The position numbers were made by a program, and so were the translations under genes. 64,000 bases of DNA, taken from Azolla caroliniana. Its lineage: Eukaryota; Plantae; Polypodiophyta. Under the pieces are notes generated by a model that did no database searches, was not told the DNA's origin, and saw nothing but the letters and a program-made list of their open reading frames with translations. Every line of letters begins with the position of its first letter. Position 1 is the stretch's first letter. The DNA is taken from assembly GCA_043228905.1 (NCBI GenBank), contig JBHGNT010000021.1, positions 12,214,001 to 12,278,000 of the forward strand, written 5' to 3'. This document shows positions 1 to 10,791 of the stretch, one piece after another.

Positions 1-3
1 GGA

Positions 4-1531
4 GTGGTACACTACATAGAGGCGGAAGAGAAAGCGCAAGTGGACCGGTTGCTCGTCACAACCGGAGAACTAGAGACGGCCCGGTCAAGGATCTGGAGCT
101 TAGAACAAGACTTGGACCTGGCCACAGATGAATTGGCCAAAATGGCCTTAACCGGACCATCGATCCAACCACCCGTGACTCCAGTAGATGTACAGAATAA
201 GGAAACACCGGCACCTGTACATAGCAATAAGACCCCAGAGACGGAACCAGACCGAGAGATAGTGGCGGCGCAAGCAAAAGAGCTTGCTGAATTGAGAGAT
301 GAACTGGCCACACAGGAAGCATTACGCACCCGAGAGCAGCACTTGAAGAAAGCAGCAAAAGAAGAGCAACGAAAGACTGCTGAGAACCTCCGCCGGGGCA
401 GAAGAGAATCTGCGGAAAGGACATCAGGCCTATGACCGGCTAAAGGAGGAGAAAGAGAAGGCGTTGCAAGAAAAGGAGAAGCTGCGACAGATGCTGGAAA
501 CAGAGATCGAAAGACTGAAAGAAGAACTCCGTCAACAAAAGGATCGGGAAGACCGCGCTCACCGGCAACTCAACCAAAAGCTGAAGTAGAAGACCGATGA
601 TTTTGAGCACCTACACCGGGACTACAAGCACCTGGATACGGAAGATAAGAAACAGTAGGAGAAGATGGCAGAGCTCCGGCAGGAGGTGCATCGAGTTGAG
701 ACGGCGCTGGCGGAGGAACAAGCGGAAAGAACCACGCTGCTGGAGGAAGCCACGCAAGAACGGATGGAGAACCATAAGCAGCATTATGAAGAGAAGGAAA
801 GAGCGACAATGGTATTGCAAAGGCTGTAGAACACCTATCAAACCCAATTGTCACATTACCGGGAGCAGTAGGTGGATATGGTGGCACTCATCAAGCATTT
901 GAAGGACGAACGACAAGCCGCGGAGGACAAATTAGAGATGGGATTGGAGCGGATCCGGTTCATTGTCTAGGCATGGAGGAACAAGTCCAAATGCTTGATT
1001 GACAAAAGCTCCGCACAATGGTGGGACAAATGGGCAAAGCACACAGCCGAGCTCCAGTTGCTATGGGCGGACGCGGAAAACCAACAGAAGGATGGCGACG
1101 ACTGCAACATGCTAACAAAGGAGGACTTCACCGCCGTAAGAGATGAGTTAGTCGAGCATTTTGTAACTCTGGCGGAGGAACAATCAGCAGTGGTCCGGCA
1201 ACTTGTAGCACAGCTAGATGATGATCGATTGGATGCTCAAATCCAGTTTGAAAGCTATGAACGGACTAGGCTATGGAGAGAAGAAGCAAAGCAGGCGGCG
1301 ACCGTCAACCTCAACGATGAGGAGCCATCACCGGAGCAAGGACCGGACGGAGACAAGGCCGGGGCGAGTCAACCAGAGTCAAATCCGGTGGAGCAGCTAA
1401 CGGAGGAATCACCACCACAACCGCCGGTATCGAGAGCCGAACAGACGCCATCTAAGGAGCAACAGTCGGAGGAGTGGGAGCCACAACAACAGCCGCAACC
1501 GCAACCACAACAGCAACAGCAGCCGCAGTAG
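4..1531 (+). pseudogene. Disrupted coiled-coil, E/Q-rich ORF of an LTR retrotransposon (extra ORF, antisense to the adjacent PBS)
   Basis: ORF pieces 4..435 and 995..1531 with similar E/K/Q-rich coding-like sequence between them and a poly-Q/P tail. No recognisable catalytic motif. Confidence 0.45.
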
Positions 1532-1659
1532 CAACAACAACAGAGTTCCGAACAACCATTGGATACCCTGGAGCAGAGTATTTTGGATATCTTGGACGAA
1601 GGCTAAGGGCCGGATAGTGGGATTCGACGTACAAGGTACTGTCCCACGGGCGTGCCATA

Positions 1660-2042
1660 TGTTACCCGGTTGGCAAAGGAGTTAAAGACCAGAATGTGAA
1701 AGGGATGGTTATTCGGAATATATTTTAATTAAGTAGAGTAGATTATAATTATGTAGTGAATGGACGAACCGGAATCGGTATGCCGATCCGGATCCAGACC
1801 GATTCCGAACAGGTGCTGGTTGGCACCATTTTGTACGCAGCACCGGTGACCTATATAAAGGCCCGGTTACAATGTAAAACTTTAACAGAAAATTAATATA
1901 AGCTTCTTGTTTTATCTTCACGTATTGATTATCGTTCTGTATTAATTGTTATATCTTACACGTGTATTAAGTGAATGCCTTATTGCTAAGTAGCCAATTA
2001 AGTTGGATTAATCGTTGTGTCTTAAGTTATCTCGCCGTAACA
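1660..2042 (-). repeat. LTR (~383 bp) followed on the minus strand by a tRNA-Arg-like PBS
   Basis: Inverted termini TGTTAC...GTAACA. On the minus strand the LTR end is followed by TA-TGGCACGCCCGTGGGAC (1657-1641), a canonical spacer+TGG PBS. TATA-like motif at 1851. Confidence 0.6.
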
Positions 2043-3261
2043 CCCCTTTGGTGAAGTGTCTTCCGGAGACAGCTTGTGTTAGGCCATTGTCCGGCCCTAA
2101 GGATTAACATTCAGTACATCATGATACCGATTAGTTGATTAGCAATTTCATCATCTACCTGTTGACCCAAGAAAAGAAGTATTTCCTGATAAAGCCAGTT
2201 GATCAGGATAGGTTTATGTGTCATGTACTGTATTGTATGCAGCTAAGGCATCCTAACAGACCGAGAGGTTTGAACTTTGTGCCTACAGGATGCAGAACCT
2301 GATTGACTTGATCAGGCAATGCAACCGATTGTTCGATTGTCTGACAGCAGCCGCTGATTCCTCCCTGAACCGTACGAGGTAGTTACCTATGATATGGCTC
2401 TCTAACTCCACTTATAGGGTTGTTCTACTTCCAATCAATGGTAGTACCTGAGATATGTTTCTGATCAAAGCCATAAACCCTATTTTTCCTTACGGAAGCC
2501 ATATCTCTCAAAAACCCTAATTTTTCTTTTCTATTAATTTCCGTAAGCTAAAACTTTTGTAATCCCAATCTTGGGATAAATTGTAATTATTAGAGATATA
2601 ATCTAATGTAAGCATATGATAAGGAGAAAAGAATGATAAATAGATAGATAGAAAGGAGAGATAGAAAGAAGGGTGCCGATCCACCCGACTACCCCTGAGC
2701 GAAGGGATTGAGACGGACTCCATACCACCGTCGTGGCGTCGAGTCGTACCTAGTGTTGGCGTGCTCGCTACAAGACTTGAACGACCATGAAACAAAGTCT
2801 TGAAGTAGTCAAAAAGATGATGAAATGAGGGTAGCTAGGCCTCTTATTTATAGTGATACCTAAGGCCCCTAGACAAGTTCACACTTGGCCTAATGGGTTG
2901 TCTCAATCCCGAGGATTAAAAGTAATCTTCCCCTAACACTGGGTTATTTGAAACAGGTAATATGTCGCATTTTAAGAACACTACGTTGAAATAGGGCACA
3001 AAACCACGAAGTTTACAAAAAGACGTGACACATTTGTAAAGCTTTTCAAAAAATGTGGCAAAATATATTGAATTTCAACATGACTACCACTTTTAGACAT
3101 AAGTAAAATGCCTAACAATATACATCGCCAAAATTACAAAAGAATGTACAACATGACTACTAGCTATAATTATACATATTCGTTATTTAACATCCGAAAG
3201 TAATTTACAAAGTTTCAGATCATGTAGTAAAACGATCCCGAGCTTGAACCAAGTCAACATT

Positions 3262-5946
3262 TTAAGACATGTCTGATGGACTGGAAGAGCATTCTGACGC
3301 CTCATCCTCATCATGAGTGGCAATCAATGCATTATCTTCGTCCAATTCCAAGCCAACATCTTTGTGGTTATGAGAATTGCTTTTGGTTAGTCTCTGGATA
3401 TTGTTTGATACCATATTTGGGATTTTCTCCTTTATTATCTTGATGGTGGCTTGTCTTAGATGGCTTGATTTTGTAAATGAGAAGTCGTATACTAGTATGT
3501 CAACACGGTCTAGTGCGAGAGTAGTTGTGCTCGGTATATTCTTTCTTCTTCTCTTTCTGCTTGAACATCCAACATCCTTAATCATCTCTAAAGAATACTT
3601 TCCCCTAAATGCATCAGGTGAAGATGTCTGATACCAGTGGACCACAATTGACTTTGTCTGATTGCCTTCTTCATCCGTCACTAATTCAATCATTTTTCCA
3701 ATCCAAAATGGATGGCCCAAGTTATCATCCCCAGCTAATGTTGCGACCAACATTCCAACTTATAGTTCTTGCAAATTACCTTGCCATCTTGCCTCAACAA
3801 TACGTGACTTTCTTGGTCCCACGTAAATATCTCTTTGCAGTGGTCGAGCCAAATTATGAAGCTCTATATTATTCGATGGTTGATGATGAGTCGACAATAT
3901 CATTGGTGGCACCCCAATATTCCATGTGAATGGGTTATGGATTGGCCAAAATACGGCGATGTAATTATCTAAAATGGTGCGTTGATGGGTGAAGAAGATC
4001 TCCCACCATTCAACATCCTCATCACCGGCGTACTTCTTGGTGCGATCAATATTTTTTTGTTTCTCTTCAAGACATCACAACCAATATGCCCTTTGTTCAT
4101 CAATAGAACTATTAGGTGCCACATTTTTATGATCATCATATGGCATTTGTTGTGCACCATGCAGTGGTGCATCTGGGATATGAAGTAGGAGCCTACAACC
4201 TTCTTGGGGCTCCCATTGTGTACTAGATGAGTATTGTTTTGCAAACAACACCGTCATCTTGAGGTGGGCCGAGGTTTGTTTTATGAGGAAGACATGGTTG
4301 AAACTTATATTATTAAGAGGTGCAAGCACCCTACATTTAGTCCCATCACCATCCATGCAGAAACGTTTAAAGTCGTACACTTCATTCAAGTGATGTACTT
4401 CAGGCTTTGGTGTATATGCTTCACTTATCAATTTTGATAGCGTGGTAAGCGTGAAAGCATTACAACGAGCTAGTTTCTTTGAGAACCTACTAAACATTTG
4501 ATCTATGTGATCATGGGTATGACCAACTAATAAGAAGTTGACCTTTATCTTTTTAAATATGCCCCTCTCTACTAGCATGCTTAGATAACCGAAGACAGTT
4601 GAGTTTTTATTCTCTCTTGTTGTGTTGTCTAGTTGCACGTATAGAACTGGCGGTACTATGCCTGACCATGATTGCAGTACTCTTTGCATGACAGTGACAG
4701 TGAGATTAGGGTTGTTGTGGATATTAGGATAAGTTAAGAATACTTGTGGCCTTATTGTTTGACGATATGTCAAACACCCTACTAGATGCATTTGCAAGAG
4801 GCACTCATCTGCAATATCTTTTGGGAGTCATTGGAAATGCGGCAAACAAGTCTTCTTATGATCCATGCCATCAATAATCATGCACATATACTTTTCGGGA
4901 GATTGAAGCGCTTTTTGTCGGTGATGCATACATAGCCTTAGAACGTTCCAATGCTTGACTTTCACGATGTTCTTTTATAGGTTCTTGTAATTCCTTATCT
5001 CTAAATCTGATTTTCAACCCTTGGCCATACTTTTTAAACTTGCACATATTGAGCAGACTCCCATTCGTACCTTTCGTGGGATAACCACATTGTTAAATTG
5101 TAACCTCCACAATCGATTAAAATGTTTATACTTTATGTAAGGTGCATCATCTACTGACATGTCGTCCTTGTATGATTGGTAAACTTCCCTTCGAGTAAAG
5201 TTATCTGACAAATATAGTCTTCCTGTCGTAGGCATAATGTCGCACTATTTTGAAAAATATACTTCCATCCACCTAATTGTGTGTTGCCCAATTTGACCCT
5301 TACATTCAAAACCATTTCGATCCAACGGTATCGACGATCCCTTCAGAAGACGCTCGTGAACTCATTGCAACCGCATATTTCCAATGCTATGAGCAATTTT
5401 AAAAGCGGCTCGACAACACTTAGTATATAGTCCAAGGAAATATTCAACCTGCGTAGAATTAGACCCTGCGTTGTGATCCATTTTAAGTTGCATATGCGAA
5501 AGAAGAAATGTGTCCTGCTCTTCCCCATTAAGCAACAAATATTTTTGTCACATTTCACGTAACCTCGACTTTCCATAAGTTGAAAGGCAGAGATTCGCAC
5601 AACATGTTTTGTTGAAGTCGCAAAGAAGTTGATGATCAGAACATAAAAAATTAAATCTCTTTTCACTAACTTGTCAAGGGATTCTTTTAAATACAAGTGG
5701 TTTACTAATACTATTGTTATCTATAGAAGTATCAAACTCTGCTTCTAAGCTTACATGAAGAGGACCATCAACAAGGTCAATTGAAAAAAGAGAATTCGAG
5801 GTACTAGGAGCCTCACTTTTCTGTTTTTGACACGAGCCTTTCGAATGTCTCTTGTAATCGTACTCTTCTATTGAGAAATACGAGTTGTTGGACAAAGAAA
5901 AGGGGGCAATAGAAAAAGAAGACGTTCTACTTGTAGAAGAAGACAT
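3262..5946 (-). pseudogene. Sola-like (DUF7869-type) DDD transposase, frameshifted
   Basis: CxxC (GVCSIC); YMCMIIDGMD read manually at ~4860-4895; LYVQLDNTTRENKN; FLLVGHTHDHIDQMFS. Split across ORFs 5674..5961, 5014..5235, 4075..4797 and 3262..3753. Confidence 0.8.
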
Positions 5947-6494
5947 TCTCAAAACTATCAAGACAAACCCTATGGCACTACCATCAAAGGGCTATATACC
6001 GAACTCCTCTATAGAAAAGATTAAGGAACGTTGAATCTTTACTATATAACTATTAGAACTAGACATGAGTTATTGGTTACACTATAACACTTTTTAAGAA
6101 GAGAAATTTCAAAAAAAATTAATTAAAAATTAATTTTTATTTTAAAAAAAAACATTTATATATAATGAAGTTTCAAATTTCATTTTCATTATCGCGACAA
6201 AGAATCCATCGAGCTCAGAGCATAGACTAATTTCAAGCACTCCGAAGCACTACCTCCGCCAAGCATCATGAACAAGGGAAAGAAGATCGCCCGGTTAGCA
6301 ATATTCTTTACATTTTTTAAGATTCTAAAAGATGCATTAAAGATTCCTTTTCACAGTAAGCAATAATCCCCAAATATTTTGTTAAGGAAACACACCATCG
6401 AATTAAAATGCACTTAAACTTCACTAGATGGTTAAGGAGAAGTCATGTCACAATCCTTAGCAGTGCCATGGGATTGTGGTTGAAAGGAGGGACA

Positions 6495-6535
6495 TTCAAC
6501 CAAAATCCGATGCACTGCATTGGATTTTGGTTGAA
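6495..6535. repeat. 41-bp near-perfect palindrome TTCAACCAAAATCCGATGCA-C-TGCATTGGATTTTGGTTGAA
   Basis: Directly visible, one mismatch. The same motif is arrayed at 32900-34630. Confidence 0.9.
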
Positions 6536-6716
6536 AAAATAGGGTTTTGCAGATAGAAAATTTATGTCCCTCATCACAGTTTTCTCATCATTTTGATACT
6601 ATTTTTAGTGTTTTGCGTTTAATTGTTCTTTATTTTACTGCTTGCTCCATCGTTTTTGTTCAAATAATATGTTCGTGTTCTTAATTAACCTAAATAGGAT
6701 GTTGTCTTAATTTTAG

Positions 6717-9700
6717 TGACTCTCGTCAAAAAGTTCCTTCGTTTAAACTAAAGATTCAAACTCTAACAAAGCGAGATTCTGACTCTTTTGTCAAAGATGT
6801 CTCTAGAAGAACTCTATTTGACTCAATGGGGGATGGAGCATCTAAGTCTTCTGTTGCAACGACCAAAAATAGCAAGGGTGGGGCCCAGGAAGAGAAAACA
6901 TCTTAACTTAAATATAAGAATTACCCAGAGTTAGAATGGTGTCTCTCTTATGTCGAGGAAGATGGGGTGTTGCTCTTAATAACAGCTAAGTCAGATGATA
7001 AAGGCAAATTGGAGCTTGGAAAAACATTTAACTATGGGGATGTAACCAAGCTAGAATATGAAGATAGTGATTCTTTGAGTATTATAATCGAAGTCTCGAG
7101 CTCTGTTGGCTCTAGACGATTGCGTCTTGATGAGGGAAACCCAGTAGCAGAATGTTGCAACCCCAAGTCATTACGTAAAGACATTCAAACAATGAACAAC
7201 TTATTACTTGCACTGTGGCCATATGTGACAGGAGAAATGATGGGCGGTGAAGCACAAACTCCACCAAAAAATTCTAGAAAGACAAATCCGGTTCATAAGA
7301 AATACAACAAACGACCACGACCCGACGTAGATGATGAAGAGGTTTTAGAATTCGTGGAGGAAGAAGAAGAGCACCAAGTTGACGTCGTGGCTCCGGGAGG
7401 TCAATTATCTTCCAGTGTATTGACGTCTAAACAAAATAAAATAAGAGAAAATATTGTTAAGACAAAACATGTGCATAAGGGGCAGTTGTTTCATTTGCCA
7501 ATTACTTCAATCCAAAGGCCTCCAATTGATCCCTTAATTGGAAGACGTCCCCTAGAAATTAGAGAGCCACACGATGTCCATGTGCAAAACTTGAAGAGCA
7601 AAATGAAAATAAATCCTCATGCTACTGTCGTGCCAATTTTAGTAATGGTCTATCAAGATCAATGTCCAACAGTAGCAGACTTCAAGTATAGCTCTGCTAA
7701 TGATTATACATATTATGTAATTGGAGGATCGCATTCGGCCGAAGCTCGTATACAGCTTGTGAAAGAATACCCTCTCACCCCCTTCTTTAAGTACGCCAAA
7801 TGTAAAGTATATGTAGGACTCACTCACGAGGAGGCGAAGCTACTAGCATGGGACCATAACAATGATAATGATTATAGGCAAAAGATATCATGCATTGAAA
7901 GGATCAGATTTTTTCATCATGAGTACCTAGATGCATTAAATCGTTTTGGCCCAAGGTTGTGGCTTGGTTTGCGTCGTTAGTGTTTACTAGAAGTGGGGAT
8001 TGTAGTGGACGAGAGCACAAAATCAGAAGGGCTACGAAAATATGATTCCTGGTTTCAACTAGCCTTTCAGACCGGAGAGGTGTGGGATCTCCAAGAAAAA
8101 ATATTTAGCATGTGGGAGCGGAAAGAGGTCAAAGGGCAAAGGTCAAAGAAGTGAAGGATTGATCCACAAGTTGAGATCAAATCGAAGTCAAAGGGCAAAA
8201 ACGACTTGGTAATCAAGGAGTTATCAGAAGACATGAAACTTTTACCTTGGAGGTCATTATAGGGAATTAAATATGATAGGCTATTAATATCGGTGCTATC
8301 TCGAGTTGTTGCCAAGGAATTTAGTTTGGACGAGATGGTTACTGAATTGCAAAAGTAAGGGTTTACAGTATACAATGTTTCAGGATATTCTTCTAGTATT
8401 ATTGATTTTTAATTTTTAATTTCATATTTATTGTATAGCCACAAGGTATACATGAAGATTCAAGAGTTGATGATGCAAAAATTGAGTTTACCGACATGGG
8501 AAGAAGTGGAGCAAGCTTGCCCGATAACTTCTTCCTACAAGGCATTGGAGGAATATTTTATTGTTTTTAGAGAATGGGTATGTGTCATTTGAAGGTTAAT
8601 ACATTGAAAGCTAATGTTCTCTCTTAACAACATTGACACTTGCAGAAACCATCGAAATAAAAAAAGACCAACGACAATAATGATGGTATTCCAATTGCCT
8701 TTATCACACACTTAGAACGTGCAAAGTATGAGAAGAGAATGACCAAAGGGAAAGAGATGGAACTGCTTGAGGATTTGGAGACTGTGAAGAGTTTTTTGCA
8801 TAGGTCTGATCCTTATAAACAGTTACATTATAGTGTATTTAATGGGGAAGTATCACAAATGCTCGATCTGTTACCGAGAAGGCACTACACTTTGCTGATA
8901 GCCGACATACCATATGGATTCCGAATTGCGGGATCAACATATGATGATGTGCCTTTCAAGTACCCCCAAATCGAGAAGATGGTAAAGGATTTCGCTGAAC
9001 AGACATTGGCCCCCTTGTGGAGGATAATCATATTCCATAGCATGGGGCAATCACTATCAGTCACAACAGCTCTGAAGTCACGTTGTCATGCCACTGAACA
9101 CATGCATTGGTGTGTCACAGTTTGTTTTTAATCATTATGATATATTATATGTTGACATTCATACCTCTAAAACATGATTTTATTTCTCTGTATGATTAAA
9201 ACAAATATTACACGTAGCCTTGGCGATCGAATGGTTAGTGCGGTCGAACATTTTTGTGTGGGTTACTATGATTCAATAACAAAGAAGAAGGCTAGAGCAC
9301 ATGTCAACGAGCATAACGTGGTAAATTATATCATAAGCCCAGCTGTCACAAAAAAATTAAGGCATGTTTCAGGTGATAAGAGTATGGTGAATCCTTATCA
9401 AAAACCTCAAAGATTGATCAACCGCCTCCTAGAGCTCTTCTCGAATCCAGATGATTGGGTCCTAGACTTGTTCTCTGGCACAGGTATATAAAATATATTT
9501 ACTTTGATTTCTGTCGATAAAGTTTAAGACTTTAATTCTTATATATACTTGTTCGTGTTCATGCGGCCATTAGGTACTACAACAACTTGTGCATTGAAGA
9601 TGTTTCGAAACTGTGTTGCGTTGGAGAAGGACCCTGCACAAGTTAACTTCATCAAAATGAGGATCACAGGAATCTGGGACTGTCCAGATTAGGATCAAGA

Positions 9701-9923
9701 AGTCGGAGCTAAGCACATCAATGAGACAGAGATGTTCCAAATGACTTCACGAGAACCAATGGAACCTATTGATGAAGAAGCAGGGGAGCTTGTGGACCTA
9801 GAAGATGTAACACAATATGAACATACATCAGATTTAGGAGAGCGTGGAGATGACACAAACGAGAATAGTCTAAAACAATTAGCGTCTGAAGAGCCTAATG
9901 TGCCAGATTTGCTTATAGATTGA
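6717..9923 (+). pseudogene. Intron-containing ParB/Srx-like domain + beta-class N6-adenine/N4-cytosine DNA methyltransferase gene with premature stops
   Basis: ParB-like YVIGGSHSAEA...GLTHEEAKLLAWDHN. MTase motif IV LLIADIPYG, then PYQKP and motif I VLDLFSGTG. After GT-AG intron 9484-9573 it reads GTTTTCALKMFRNCVALEKD. In-frame stops at 7978-7980 and 9690-9692. A possible short exon 1 starts near 6268 (MNKGKKIAR). Confidence 0.8.
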
Positions 9924-10791
9924 TTTAGATGGCATAATGTATACTTTGAGGATTTTTGAGGCATAATGTATACCTTGACTTGATATTGTTTTTGTATATG
10001 AGAACAAAAGTAATCGTTTACCGTTTAATTTTATTCACCCGTTCATAATTTCACTTTTTAATCATTTTTTGAACTGTAATTTGTATATACATATGATTGG
10101 TCACCATGCTCTTCTCCAGTTTGGGGTATTAACATGATATTATACTTTCTCATTTCTCCTAGCATGATTATATACATGAACTTGTGAATGTTCTTGATAA
10201 AAAATAGTTTTCAATTTGCTACGTTCCAAGTCTGTTGGTTTCAAATAGTATAAATGAACGTGATACATAATTGTTACTCTTACCAATTACATTGTGATGG
10301 ATTATATGACATTATACAACGAAACTATCGATATACCCATCCAACAAGTGGGGGGCTACTTTTTTCCTCAACCCAAAACCACATATTAACATTTAGGGTT
10401 TATGTAGTTTTACTCTACAATTTGAATATGGATACCAAATAAAGATGTTTAATATTCAACCTGGTATTCAATTGTACTCCAGGATATACAAATTGACACA
10501 AAAACAAGATGTACACAATTCACCAAATGCTTGGATTTTATTTGGTTATATATTTCACCATCCATTCGCAAAATAGGTACGCATGCATTGTACATTTTCG
10601 AAATCATGCTAAATTAGGGTACTTTTCTGCATCTCACCAACTATGACAAAAGAGAATACGACATATTACCTGTTTCAAATGACCCGGTGTTCCCTTCTTT
10701 ACACTCTCGTTTAATCCTCATACCTATCCACGTGTATAGAATACTACACTAAATTCTTACCACGGGATATTATATGGTCATGCCCGTAACA

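Larger units (their letters stand above)
2935..10692. mobile_element. Sola-like TIR DNA transposon carrying a ParB-like/DNA amino-methyltransferase cargo gene
   Basis: TIRs 2935-2971 and 10655-10691 match 34/37 (AACAC(C/T)GGGT(C/T)ATTTGAAACAGGTAATATGTCG(C/T)ATT). Transposase on the minus strand, cargo gene on the plus strand. Same termini bound 31845-35819. Confidence 0.85.
2585..10791 (-). repeat. 3' LTR of the minus-strand chromovirus, split by the Sola-like insertion
   Basis: Minus-strand PPT AAGAGGGGGAGTA then TGTTAC at 10791. LTR-like sequence occupies 10693-10791 and about 2585-2934; the left boundary is approximate. Confidence 0.5.

Noticed and set aside
2461-2525. AAACCCTA motifs resembling plant telomere repeats (also 29605-29820)
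   Set aside because: Isolated telo-box-like copies within a dispersed repeat, not a tandem telomeric array.
2930-2934. TSD for the long Sola-like copy
   Set aside because: Flanks (CCCT vs CCTT) match imperfectly and the terminal G is missing on the left, so a TSD is claimed only for the second copy.
6717-9923. Bacterial contamination or a restriction-modification operon
   Set aside because: The gene has GT-AG introns, lies within TIRs nested in a plant LTR element, and no endonuclease partner is visible.
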